Shown here: piece by piece, positions 1 through 12,654 of the stretch | Layout: every line of letters begins with the position of its first letter | Numbering within the stretch: position 1 is the stretch's first letter | Assembly (NCBI GenBank): GCA_051294905.1 | Contig: CM119378.1 | Span: 3,598,001 to 3,662,000 of the forward strand | Direction of reading: 5' to 3' | From: Botryllus schlosseri | Lineage: Eukaryota | DNA: 64,000 bases | Notes under the pieces: model-generated | Databases searched by the model: none | Told to the model about the DNA's origin: nothing | What the model saw: only the letters and a program-made list of their open reading frames with translations | Program-made: the position numbers and the translations under genes

Positions 1-851
1 TTATAGCTTTACTACTTTTTAACCCAAGTGTCGACTGCACTGCGCAAGAAATGCTGCCTTCCCTACAGCTTATTCTGCTGTAGACTAAATAGCAGAAACC
101 TGGTACTGCTGTTTACTGCTAAAATGATAGCGATAGCTAGGTATAGCCTTAGCTATCTCACCATTTAGAAGTCAAATACTGTGGGGTGTATGCCACGGGA
201 GATCGTTTCATTTATGATTTCATAAAATCACGACGCAAAAGCATAATTTTAATTATGCAACACAGATAGTCTACCTTACCATAAGAAAACGATCGAAGTT
301 CTGTAGTTGTTGAAAATAAGACAAAATATTGACGCAAGTCGAAAATAAGTAAATTTCTTAGAAATAAGGATAGTTAAGTTTACTAGGACCTGACCCGTCA
401 AAGTAAGGATAAATCTTAGAAATATGGATTGTATGGCAACCCTGGATATAACATCGACGTTGTAAAACCATGAGACGTGGTAACAGTCCAAGCCATCCAA
501 GATATATGCCGACCAAACGCAAACATGAAAGTCTGGAACAGTTTTACACGCACCGAGAATTATTGGGTTGATACTTCAAATCCCATTGTTTTCTTTATTC
601 ACAGTAAAACTGGTAAATACACACATAATCCGGGGAGCAACCTGCCCCCAAAGGAAAATGGCGAGATTGGAGTAAATTTTTAAAATTTCAGTAATACAGT
701 AATATTGTTATTCCTATGCAATACATGGAGAAGTCAGATTACAGAATTGCAGTAGATGAAGAATTGGTAAGGGTTACAGAGCAGAGGTAGAGATTACTGA
801 AAATGAAGAACATAAATTACAGAAATTATGCTGTGATTCACAAGTGTAATT

Positions 852-1178
852 TTAGTCCAGTGGTGCATTCAATGCCTTCCGAAGAATATGCACAGTGCCC
901 AATAACGTGATCTTTTGGATCATGTCGAATCGAACGTTACACGGAATCTGTTGGATATGTCTCATGAGCTTTAAGCTTACGATCCCTGTAGCGCCAATGA
1001 CTATCGGTACAATGTTTATTTTGCAGCGCCACATTTTCTCACATTCCATTTTGAAGTCTGCGTATTCCTTTTGTAGTATGTTGTGATCAGCTGGGACGGC
1101 CAGCTCAATGAATAAGCATTCTAATTTGATTGTCATGTCGGGGCGGTTGCTCCCGATTTCGCGGTCAGTTATAACCAA
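852..1178 (-). mobile_element. 3' end of an R2-superfamily (R4/Dong-like) non-LTR retrotransposon: restriction-like endonuclease C-terminus, 5'-truncated
   Basis: Translation RPD...FIELAVP...W...IVPIVIGATG...IQKITLLGTVHILRKAL* matches the PD-(D/E)xK REL motif and the C-terminal tail typical of R4/NeSL-type elements. Confidence 0.8.
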
Positions 1179-1780
1179 GCCCCGAACTACTGTTATCTCC
1201 GGCCAAGCAAATTTGCGTGATCACCATGGGCAGATGCATTGTGGGTAGAGTGCTAAGTCATTTAGTACAGGGGCTTATGGAAAAGTCTTTAAATATATTT
1301 GATTCGTATTGGGTCTGTAGTATTTTATACGAATAGAGCTTTTAATGGATAATTATTCCAACATTCAGGATTTGTTTCAGCTCGTGTTCGTAATTCGTTT
1401 ATTGTTATTCTGTGTAGTTCGACGTGTTGAAGATAGCCCGTTAAGGTTGTCTTGGTGTCTTTGGTATGTAATGGGTGCAGTAAAAGGCGAAAAAAGATCC
1501 ACAGAGTCGAATGTACGAAGCAACAGCAACGGCAGTAGTGATGAAGAGCTGATAGAGATAGTGGAACGTTGATATCCTAGAAGCTACAGAGAGCGTCGAT
1601 ATTACAAATATTAGGCTCCCAGCGAAAGGCAAACAAGAGCTGTTGGCTGTTGCAACAGAGAGATATGATATTCTTTTTCGCCTGCACTATCGAGATGCTT
1701 TGACGACGGAGTTGCGATACGGCCCCATGAGGTCATCTAGTCTGCTCCCCCGATTTTTTTCTCCTCCATGCTATCCGTGA

Positions 1781-1895
1781 TTGCTGAGCGCCTAGCAGGA
1801 CAGCTGCGGATACCAATTGTCGAGTCTTTGGTATGACGCGGCCGGGGATCGAACCCACGACCTACCGCTCGAGAAGCCGGACGCAACACTATCTC
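1781..1895 (-). mobile_element. tRNA-derived SINE fragment (B box plus conserved central domain, Meta-domain-like)
   Basis: Minus strand reads GGTTCGATCCCC (pol III B box), then GTCATACCAAAGACT...AATTGGTA...CCTGCTAGGCGCTCAGCA, which resembles the central domain of widespread metazoan SINEs (recalled, not searched). Confidence 0.6.
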
Positions 1896-3240
1896 GCTCA
1901 GCAACATTTCCTAATGGGAAACGCCATTGTACAGCACCAACAGTTGAAGTAATTCTCCGTCCCGATCCCGCTGTGAATACAGCGCCTTGAAAAGCTCAGA
2001 GGAAGAGATAGCCGAACTCTTGAGAGATGGCCCAAGTTGTTAAAAGCGCCAATTCTGTCACTAAAACAAAACAAACCTTACGAAGTCGTCGACAATGTGG
2101 TTTGGTTACGGATACGTTTGGCGGCTTCTCTGTCGATCCGCCAGAGGCAGAACATTCCGTCTCGGATGAATTCTGATGACTTGCTCGCGCCAAAAACGGG
2201 TTCGCTGAAAGACTCGCGTTAGGCTTTAAACATATTCCGGTAAGCATGTTTACTGGATTACCGAGTAAGGTACACAAAAACGCTACGACGCTGTATGATA
2301 AATGGTAAAGTTGAATATAGGAACTCGACAACTTTTCTCCCCACAATCGTAGAATGACGGCCTGTATGCCGCAAAGAAATTTGAATTATCATTGAACTAT
2401 GATGCAAACAGACTCTGATATACATGTACAAAAATGGAGCTTGTAGATTTTTCTCCGGCCCTCGGGCCCCAAACACTATATCTTTAGTGTGAGAGAATGA
2501 TATAGCAACCAGCGGGCGACGCAAGAATCAATATATAACTTCATTGGTGCGTAACTGCGTATACTAGTTTTTCTCATTAGGTGTCCAGTTTCCACGAGTG
2601 TCCAAGACTTCAGGTATTTAAAAAATATTTTACGGCTGCGTGTTGTGTTAAATGCTATATAATAGTGAAATTGGTGATTCTGAAATGAACGACTGCTGCT
2701 ACATTATATATTCATTGTTCTTTCCAGTAATGCCGAGCATTTGATCAAACAATAACTCGCCAAAGTTCGCCATTAGATTGTATACGGACGGAGAAAATCA
2801 CAGAATGATTACGATGAAACTATGCACCCACAATTAATAATCGTCGGCAGCAGACTCGACTTGCTACTCTATGCGACAATCCCGGACCAAATGCAAGAGA
2901 TCAATAGCGGAAATTGGTAATGACAGAAACAGAATATCTGGGTTTCAAGTTCAAAATATAGCGAGTTTCAAAAAAAAGTGTCATAATAGGGTGGCATTCA
3001 AAATAACGTCAGAATGCGACATAACGAAGAATGCGTCACGTGAGTATGTGACTTGGTAACCTCAAAACTTACCCTATTTTAACTCACAACCCAACCTTAA
3101 ACCTAACCGAACCCTATAAATGTAACGCAGGCCTAGCCCTAACTGTAACCCATATATTCATGTGTGTCAAGCTGAAATGTCGCATGCTCAGGCTCATAGT
3201 CCACGGAGCGAAAAACTAAGAGCATGAATATCATCTATGC

Positions 3241-4198
3241 CAGTGGTTCTCAGCCGGGGGTCTGCGAAGCTATTTTAGGGGGTCCGCGAGATCGCTAAAT
3301 TTGCCAAATGATTAATAACCTAATTTGCAATTTTTCTAATTAGGAAAAGCATGAGTCAGTTTAGCTCCACAACTGCTAAAACCTCAGGACCTACTTAAAC
3401 AGAATAATCGTCTGACATGAAATATCCTACTGTGCAAATTCATTTTAATTGCCAAATTGCCAAAAACCTACTGATACAAACATATTGCTGTTTAGAGACG
3501 TTTTATTGGGGTTTGTGGAAAAAATTAAAATATGGAGATAGTAAGGTGAGTCAGGGTGACTTCGTAATGTTTGCGAAACCTTTTCGATTTGAAGTTGTTA
3601 GTCTCATAAAATCAGTGAACAGTCGTTTGAAATAAAAACTACTAAATTATTTTCCGTAATTTGTCCCAATGAAGGGATTGAAACCTTGCCACGAAATTCA
3701 TTTTATCCTGTGAACCACTATTCCCGAATAACTTCAAGATAAGATGCTAGATAAAATGACTAGACAGGACGTGATACGTTCATTAAAAATAATTTTCCTC
3801 TTCATTTTGGTGCCATAAGTGTTGTGATCATACCAAAAGTGTCACGGTAATATTACGTTAGCCTTCACCTATCGTAGTGAAACTGGATTTTCGGCACTCG
3901 CTCATATCAAATCGAGACGCGGGTTTTCAAGACTCGACCATGTGCTTCAAGAAATACAGCTGCAAAATTAGCTGTGAAATAATAAAAGTCCACCCAATTT
4001 TTACATAAATAGTATGATGTTAATTTCAAGAAAAGTCATTTTGTTGCTGTTTATCACAAGCCTACAGCTCATATTTGCACAAGACAGATGACGGTTGCAC
4101 CATAATTGAGAAAATTTGAACTAAAACTTAAGGGGGTCCGCGCGGGTCCGATTCGGTCAAAAAGGGGTCCACGAAGCCAAAAAGGTTGAGAACCACTT
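3241..4198. mobile_element. Non-autonomous hAT (Charlie-like) element, same family as 10736-11925 in opposite orientation
   Basis: Terminal inverted repeats (TIRs) CAGTGGTTCTCA / TGAGAACCACT(T); flanking 8-mers ATCTATGC and ATCTAAGC; internal sequence aligns with the reverse complement of 10736-11925. Confidence 0.85.
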
Positions 4199-4749
4199 AT
4201 CTAAGCCAGTGCTTTTCAACCTGCGCGATGGTACGCACTTGTGTGCGAATGAAAAAATTTGCAGGGCTAATGACGAAGGTGGTGCGAATGAAAGTCCGGA
4301 TGAGTGCGGATGAAAATCGTAAATAATTGGTAATTTTTCTGACGTGGAATAATTCAAATGATCCTAATAGGAAATTCAAGGGCAGCGTCTCCCTAACTTT
4401 TGTAGTTGTGACGCAATTGTAAAAATTTGTTTGACTTACGACGCACCACTAATCGTAGCTTGGACAATAACTTTGTCTCTCACAAGGCTTCGTGAATTAA
4501 TGTTTTCGCATCATCATTATTACGTAATCAAAAGGCTGGTTTGAAAGCCGGTTTCGTGGCAGGCATACAGTGGTGTATCAGCCCGTCAGAGCCATCGACA
4601 GGCTGGAAAAGTGACGTCAAATGGATTTTCTGCTTTCTTTCGCTGAACAATCACCATATTTCCATAATAACAGTTCGATTAGCGTGAGGCACTATAGAAT
4701 AGTAGTAAATACCATCATCACAGACTCGCATTTGCAAGTTACTGTAACG

Positions 4750-5826
4750 CAGGGGTGGGCAATTATTTTCCTCCGCGGGCCAAATGAGAAGTAGACAATA
4801 CGTTGGCGGGCCGAGTAAATTTTTTTAGCTATATTCCGCAGCGTGTTTTAATTTTAGTTCTAAATTATATAGTTGATAAATGCTGCTCAGTGAATGTGTT
4901 GATGTTTGGTAATGAGAAAGTGACGATTAATTGAGAAAAATGAATTTGCCGTTCTGATTCGAAATAAATTTAAACATTATACATCTTTAACTCTCTTTAA
5001 ATCCCTATAATCCACGTTCTTCTATTAAGACTTTGAAACAGGGGTTCTCAAACTTTTTAGGCACGCACGCGAACCACTGCACTGAAATGTATATGCAATA
5101 GCAGAAAACTTATTTTCTTGGTCGCTTTCGGAGCAGTGTGCAGCTTAAATAGCCTTGATATTGAGCGAAGCTTGCAGTTTTTCTGACCTTCGCTCTCTCC
5201 TGACCAAGTGTTTCGTGTTTTTGTCATAAGGCCGACTTTAAATCAAAATCCCTAATCTCTGCGTGGTGCTCGGCAAAAACTAAAAGGACGGTTTACCCCC
5301 GACTCCATTATGCAAACATTTTGTGCTCTCAAGTCCAAACCTTCTTTTAATTTCAGTTTTCGGCTTTTTTTCGCATGCCCATTGCCCGTTAATCCTTCAT
5401 GGGTGATAGATATGATGGGACATATAGTAATCGCGAGCACTGATTGACTTGTTTTACGAATTAGGAGTATGGAAACGTATCACGTAACAATTTGAAACGC
5501 ATACCGTATAATGCGCAATGGGACAATGGCAACAAAGAAGGTTTAAAAAACTAAACTATATGGCAAGAGTGATTTCTTGTGACTTTAATTGCTACTTATA
5601 CTTTGCCACATCACATCTTGAATCTGGATTACGTATGCGAAGTACGTAGGCAGCGTAATCGCGGCATAATAATGAACAGGCTTCAAAGTAAACGAATTTC
5701 CTGTTCAGTTGATACAGCCTATGGTTTTAGTCATTCGCAAAGCAAGTTTTACGTTTCGAATTTCAAGCAACCTTTCGCGGGCCGCACAAAATAGCTTCGC
5801 GGGCCGCACTTTGCCCAGCAGGTCTG
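4750..5826. mobile_element. Non-autonomous hAT element
   Basis: Perfect 8-bp TSD CTGTAACG (4742-4749 and 5827-5834); CAGGGGTGGGCAA / TTGCCCAGCAGGTCTG termini with GCGGGCC subterminal motifs. Confidence 0.85.
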
Positions 5827-5920
5827 CTGTAACGCAAATTTCTACCCTTTCAAGGGTTATTGAAGTATGGGCCTCATAGGGCAAAATTTTGGGTCGACAC
5901 GGTTCCGGAGCTATATTTCG

Positions 5921-5923
<3 letters not shown>

Positions 5924-5959
<36 letters not shown>

Positions 5960-5999
5960 GGAGAGAGAAAGAGAGAGAGAGAGAGCGAGAGAGAGAGAG
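5924..5999. repeat. (GA)n microsatellite
   Basis: Imperfect GA run seen directly. Confidence 0.95.
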
Positions 6000-7477
6000 T
6001 GTCTGTAATATAATGTAATTTGAATTTATTGTCAAAAACCCTGCGATCGGTTTTGCATGTCCAAGCTCACTGTGTTGGGTACCATGGCCAATAAGAGAGA
6101 CACGCATAAATATATTTTGATCATGAGAATCTGCCGAATTTTGTTTTGAATTCATGATAAGATTTTTCCGACTGTTTTTCTCTGGAAAACATGGTTGAAG
6201 ACCGTTGGGATGAAATAGTGTAGGGGTGTGCAACGAGCGAGTAGGGACCTATGAGACTCATTCATTTCGACGCCAACCCCTTCCACGTCGGGCACATGAA
6301 GATGTAAAGTTTCGGCCAACATACCGCTGATAAAATGCGGTGCCGAAAGCCACAGCGGCGACAAAACCTTCGCCAAAAATGACCGTTGCTGGATGGCCAA
6401 ACATTTCGATGTGGATATGCTCTGTTGTCGGCAGTCGTCACCGAACAGTCCCGTTATTGCAATCTGAGTAGACAGTAATTCAAATGCGACGCGCAGAGGA
6501 ATTTTAATCACCCCAATTTGAAATTGCGTTCGTCAGACATGTTTCGTAGAGCTGTGTTTGGTAGAATTGTGGTGTGCGCGTTCTGTATGTCACACATGTC
6601 CGGAAAACCGTAGCATACTACTGTTATACTCGAGTTGATTTAAACGTTTAACGTTAAGATCGGAGAAGGACATGTGACTCGGGACGCCGTGATTTGGTAC
6701 GACCACGGATGCAACAAACTATTTGACTGTGATGGGAAATAATAGCCTAATATATCAAAAGGTCGTTGCTTACGTAGCGTAGCATAGCTATCTAATCAGG
6801 TCAACATGGAATCCAATATGGCATTCAGTTCCCCCGTTATGTATAGTTAGTTATACACCCTGGGTGATCTTTGGTCTCTTCGCGGACCCCCGGTTAAAAA
6901 CCACTGATCTATACTGAGTTGTGTCATCCACAACCATAATAGCTGGATAAACTCTGGTATTCATTGCATTTACTAGGCTAGGTATAATCGCGGCATTCCA
7001 ATTATTAGGGACTCCCCCATTTTCAGACGATATTTTCCAGCTCAACATGCACATGCACACAGATGCAAGGGACGAGTTACAGAAATAAGTAGCTAGAATA
7101 TGTTTTCAAGGAATAAGGCATGAGAAACGGACTGACAACCATGACTTTTTGAAAGTTGGTCAATTCTGATAAACCCTAGCGTAGGCACTTAGGATTTATA
7201 ACCGCGTTGTCATTCTGCGTTAGGCTCTGTTCTGATGTACCACCATCCTTTGGGTTTGAATACGCACTCGTTTCGCTAAAAGTACACCTTGCAGATTATA
7301 AAGTTATAACCTGCAATTAACCAATATAATCGTGCGTCGGGGCATGCTTTCAAAACTCTCTACTAGATTACTTTTAAAAACATGTCCTTTCTACTCCTAC
7401 TCGCAGTGGTTACGGCAGGTTTTGGACATCGCATATATAGTATGTTTGCAATATCATGTCTACTTCTACTTGAGTAG

Positions 7478-7692
7478 TGTTCTGACCTAGAGATAGGCTT
7501 TATTAAACTTATTCTGCAACAGACGACAAATGAGATAAACAGTATAGGAACAGTTCAAATACAATAACACAAAACCAACACCTAGAACAACTGACAACGG
7601 ATTACCTAATCACAGTACTAGTTAAGTAGAGTGAGCGTAATCAACGTGAATCAATCAACTAATGATGGAAAGTACAGATAAGGAATGGTACA
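7478..7692 (-). repeat. 3' LTR of the Gypsy element; polypurine tract immediately inside at 7693-7702
   Basis: Direct repeat of 12617-12831; adjacent TTCTCCCCCC reads GGGGGGAGAA (PPT) on the sense strand. Confidence 0.97.
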
Positions 7693-7710
7693 TTCTCCCC
7701 CCGTAAAATA

Positions 7711-10700
7711 TTAGCGAAACAAAGTTTGTGATACATTGTCAATAATATAGGGTACTGCGCCATATCGATCTACGGCTTTCCGAACACGCGTTGAACGACG
7801 AAGCGGCGATCTTTCACGATCGATGTTCGGTTGCGAACTTCCGTTATTTCCTTCGTCGGTGCTGGTGGCAACGGCCGCATCATGAACCGTGGCGTCTTCG
7901 TTAGAGAGCTGTCCACCAGAACAATCTTCGCTCGGGCTGCGGTTACTGAATTCAGCTCTGCTGGTTACGTCGGTGCTATTGCGCGGTGAAATATCCCGAA
8001 CCGATTCCGTAGTTTCGCTGCCGTCGTTAAGTCTGACATGGGCGTAAGCAGGGTTTGTTTCGAGGAGCTCCGCCTCATCCACCAAGGGTTCGTCCTTATT
8101 GCGCACATGTCGCTTGACATAGATAGGACCTGGTTTCAGCCATGACGGAATGGAGGTGCCATTTGTCGAGCGGCGAGAGTGGTGAAACATTCTCTCATGA
8201 GGAGTGCAATTTGTCGATGTGCAGAGCAACGACCGAATTGAATGTAGAGCGTCCAATAGCACATCCTCCCAATGGCCGAGAGGAAGACGTCGAGATTTCA
8301 ATGAGCATTGAATAGCCTTCCAGATCACGCCGTTGTACTTTTCACATTGTCCGTTTCCACGAGGGTTGTAGCTAGTGGTCCTGCTTGTAGAGAAACCCCT
8401 TTAGAGTTGAGCCAAGATTTGAGTTTGTAAGACTGGAAATAAGACCATCGGTTGGAATGTATGTATGGACTCATCCCAAATACAGAAAACAGTGTCGTTA
8501 AGCATTTGATAACCGTCTTCGCAGACATGTCTGCGCAGGGAAATGCAAACGGAAATCGTGAATATTCGTTGACGATAGTGAGGAAATACCTGTTTTTCGT
8601 AACGCTGTGTAACGGACCCTTGAAATCGAGGCTGAGACGTTCGAAGGGTTGAGTCGCCTTGATTAGTTTCTCCTCGTCGGCGCGAATGAACTGAGGTTTG
8701 ATTTGTTGACACTCCTCGCACTGTGAAGTCATGGTGCGTATCTCTTACATGGAGAATGGCAAATTCTTGACTCGTACGAAGTGAGACATGCGGGTCACGC
8801 CGGGGTGACAGAGTGAAATGTGTAGATCGCGCAATTGGTGTTTTCCCATGTATCCGCAATGGGCGCGCGTTAGAGCGTCGGGGCCGACATTTTCGACGCC
8901 GGGCCGATGAATGACAGTATAGCTAATCGTCATTAGTTCCAATCGCCAACGAGCGATTTTGTCGTTTTTGATTTTGCTGGTGTGTCAATTGTCGAACATG
9001 AAGGAGACACTTTTCTGGTCAGTGACCAATGTAAAATGCCGCCCGGTGAGCAAATGCCTCCACTTCCGCAGCGCTTCGACCACAGCATATGCTTCCTTTT
9101 CAACAGCCGAATGTCGTTGCTCGCCTGGCGATAGGGTGCACGAGTGAAATGCAACGCGGCGCACTTCCTGATTCAAGGTTGCAGCGATCGCAAAATCTGA
9201 AGCGTCAGTTTCTACTGCGAAGGGCATAGATTCATTGATGGGTCGTAACGCGGCGTTGGCCATTTTTTGTTTGATGAGATCAATTGCTTCACGAGAATCG
9301 TTGTCTAAAGGAATCGTGGCTTTGATTAGCGGTCAGATTTTAGTCGAGTAATTTGCGATCCATCTAGCGTAGTAGGCGAACAAACCTATCATCCTTTTCA
9401 ACTGAAGCTCAGATTCCGGATATGGGAGATTTAGGAGTGGTGTCACTCTCTCTGGGTCAGGCTGAACAGACTGATGTCCGACATTGTACCCCAAAATAGC
9501 TATTTCGGACTTAGCAAGTTGCGTCTTAGCTTCGTTGATGGTAAGATTGGCGCGTGAAGCAGCGTTCATGAAGGCCCTCAAGCTGTTGTCGTGGTCAGCC
9601 TGATCCACCCCAGCGATTGTTATATCGTCCAGATACGGAAAACAGCCTTTCAGGTTATTCTGCTTGACGATGTAATCGATTGTTCGTTGAAATTCAGGTA
9701 CAGCATTTGTCAGACCAAATGGAAGTCGTCGCCACTGAAACAACTCGCTTCCTGACTGGAAGGCAGTAAATTCTCGGTCCCGCGGATCCAGTTCGAGTTG
9801 ATGATAGGCGGATTTCAAGTCAACTGTTGTGAATACTTTATACTGAGCAAGGTTATTCACAATGTCCTCGATGCGTGGCAGAGGATAAGCGTCGAGTTGA
9901 GTGAATCGGTTAATTGTCCTGCTGTAATCAATGACCATTGACCATTCGTCGTTTGGTAGAGTGTTCGTTTTTGACAACGAGTACCTGAGCTCTCCAGGGT
10001 GAATTAGGCTACTTGGCTCGATAAGATTGTCAGCAAGTAAACGTTGCGTTTCTTCTGCGATAAAGGCGAGATCTGCCCGTGAATATCTCCGTTGCTTGTT
10101 CGCGACAGGGCGGCAATCCTTGCTAAGGTGACTGAATGGTTTCGGATACGGAACTACCATTTTTGATAAGGCATTCAGGGTGAGCGGAGGCCGTTGTCCT
10201 GAAAACGTGAATGTGACGCTTTCGTGTTCCTTGAAAATTCTTTCGCCGATGATGACGTCAGTTACCAAGTTCTTCAGTATGTGAAACGAAACATTTCGAT
10301 AGTCGTTATTCCCCACGGTGAGTCGAGCGAAGCACTGACCTTCAATCGGCATGCGTATAGAAGTCTCCGCTAGCGTGACCTCGCCAACGATTGGCTGGAT
10401 GTTCAATTTTTCTCGATATTTGTCGGCAAATTTTTGAGCCATGAAACATTCACCTGAACCAGTATCCATCAATGAAGTAGCGTTCAAATTGTCAACCTTG
10501 ACATCGCATACTACTCTAGACCGATCCGTAGCTGATAGAGTCGTTTTCGCGTTAAATTCTATTTCTCCTCTGCTGGGAGGTGCGGGACCCTGTATAGAGG
10601 CAGTTTCCGTATTGATTCGTGGAAGGTTTCGTAGGCGAGATTGACACACCTTCGAATAATGGCCAGTGGTATAACAATATCTGCATACGGCGTCTTTTGC

Positions 10701-10735
10701 CGGGCAATTCATGCGAGGATGCATAGCGTCTAGAC
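7711..10735 (-). pseudogene. pol: Gypsy gag end plus pol (CCHC knuckles, aspartic protease, RT, RNase H, integrase) with several frameshifts and stops
   Basis: CRYCYTTGHYSKVC knuckle; LMDTGS protease; DLKSAYHQ, LPFGL and YLDD in RT; ETDAS...EKEAYA...TDQ in RNase H; HPG...CEEC, SLDFKGP and GQCEKYNG in integrase; the second catalytic motif is degraded to HSNRW; the region is split across several ORFs; no chromodomain. Confidence 0.95.
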
Positions 10736-11925
10736 CAGTGGTTCTCAACCTTTTTGTCTTCGCGGACCCCTTTGGACCGTCACGGACCCTCGCGGACCCC
10801 CTCCAGTTTTAGTTCAAATTTGGCTCAATTATGGTGCAACCGTCATCTGTCTTGTGCAAATATGGACTGTATATAGGCTTGTGTTGAACAGCAAAAAATG
10901 ACCTTTCTTGAAAATAACACCGTATACTATTTATGTAGAAATTTGAGAGACTTTTATTATGTCAAAGCTAATTTTGCAGCTGTTTGTCCTGAAGTTCGTG
11001 GTCGTGTCTTGAAAATCCGCATATTAGATTTGATATGAATGAGTGCCGAAACTACATTTCCACACATACAGATGGAGGGTAATGTAATATTATCGAATGT
11101 AAACATAGAATGGCAACGACCTATTTTGCGGCGTCATTCCGCTTCGCTGTGGCTGGATCCAGAATTGTATTGCGTAAGCGACTTTAGGATTTCCGTCAAT
11201 CCAAAAGTTATCTTTCAGAGCGCAGAATTTACTGAATCTGGTCTTGATCGAAAGCTACTGTTGACATTCGATAGTAATATCAACGCGTAACGCTTCCAAC
11301 GGCACTTTTGGTGTGCTCGCAACATTTATGGCACCAAAATGAAGAAACACATTTTTAATGAACTTATCACATTCATTTTTATCTAGCGTTTCATCCGGAA
11401 GTTATTCCGGAATAGTGGTTATTTACACAGGATGAAATGAATTTCGTGACGACGTTTCAATCCCTTCCTTCATTGGGACAAAATAGCGAAAATACTTTCG
11501 GAATTTTTATTTGAAACGACTGGTAAGTGGTCACTAATTTGATGAGACTGACAACTTCAACGCGAAAAGGTTTCGCCAACATTTCGAAGTCACCCTGATT
11601 GACCTTACTATCTCCATGTTTTTATTTTTTCTACAAACCCCCAAAAAACGTTTCTAAACGGCAATGTGTTTGTATCAGTAGGTTATTGGCATTTTGGCAA
11701 TCAAAATGAATTTGCACAGTAGGATATTACATGTCAGACGATTATTCCGATGATGTGAGTCATGAGGTTTTAGTAGTTGTGGAGCGAAACTGCCTCATGT
11801 TTTCCCACATTAAAAAAGTACATATCAAGTTTTCAATCACATTGCAAATTTTGATGTCTCGCGGACCCCCTGAAATGGCTTCGCGGACCCCTAGGGGTCC
11901 GCGGACCCCCGGTTGAGAACCACTG
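10736..11925. mobile_element. Non-autonomous hAT (Charlie-like) element inserted into gag
   Basis: Perfect 15-bp TIR CAGTGGTTCTCAACC; perfect 8-bp TSD GTCTAGAC (10728-10735 and 11926-11933); GCGGACCCC subterminal repeats. Confidence 0.95.
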
Positions 11926-12588
11926 GTCTAGACAAAAGAAGCAAGGCCGTTTCGAAGAGATTGGTTTTCGGCGAGGGTTGCCATCTTCATTCTGAGTCTC
12001 GCCCCCACCTTGTTGTCTCGGCGCACGCAGTCTTGTGGCACACGACGAGGTCGGTTGGTAGGCTTCAGAATCCCTGGAAGCGATTTCCATTGCACGTGCC
12101 TTCTTGAAGGCATCACCGAAAGTCAACGCGCTTTCTTCCAGAAGTCTCTGGCGAATTGACGGTGATTGCAATACCGCGATCAAGGCATCGCGAATCAGCT
12201 CCAACCGATATTGTTCAGCTGAAACTGCCCGACACCCGCAGTCTTTGCTAAGTGACTTCAGTCGAATGACAAAACTGTCTATAGCATCGCCAGGCAGTTG
12301 TTTGCAAGTCAGTAATTCATGCCTAGCCGCAATTGTGTTCTTCCGCTTCACATAGAGCTCTTTCAAAGCGCCAATGGCACGGTCATAATCATCAATATCC
12401 GCTATGTTGCGGAAGAATTGAAATGATATCAGATTGGTTAGCACCTTGAGTTTGTCCGGATGTAAGTCAGCGGCTGCTAACGCTTCCAAGTAGTCGTTGA
12501 ACGTTTTAAGCCAATGTTTGAACTCATCAGCTGCAGTCTCCGAGCCTGGCTCGACGTCGAGGCGTTGAGGTTTCAGAACCTTGTCCAT
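11926..12588 (-). pseudogene. gag: Gypsy gag (N-terminal part, up to the first zinc knuckle)
   Basis: MDKVLKPQRLDVEP...FKHWLKTF...LIRDALI...IRQRLLE...CFFC; interrupted by a hAT insertion. Confidence 0.92.
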
Positions 12589-12598
12589 TGAAGCCGTA

Positions 12599-12654
12599 AG
12601 AATAAGTTTAATAAATTGTTCTGACCTAGAGATAGGCTTTATTAAACTTATTCT
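12599..12654 (-). promoter_or_regulatory. Primer-binding-site position is complementary to the LTR (perfect 17-bp inverted repeat, 22-nt loop); putative self-priming structure
   Basis: 12599-12615 AGAATAAGTTTAATAAA is the exact reverse complement of 12638-12654 TTTATTAAACTTATTCT; there is no TGG-initiated tRNA PBS after the LTR. Confidence 0.75.

Noticed and set aside
3055..3152. CCTAAC/AACCCT-rich tract resembling a telomeric repeat
   Set aside because: Too degenerate and short; such tracts are common inside transposon remnants.
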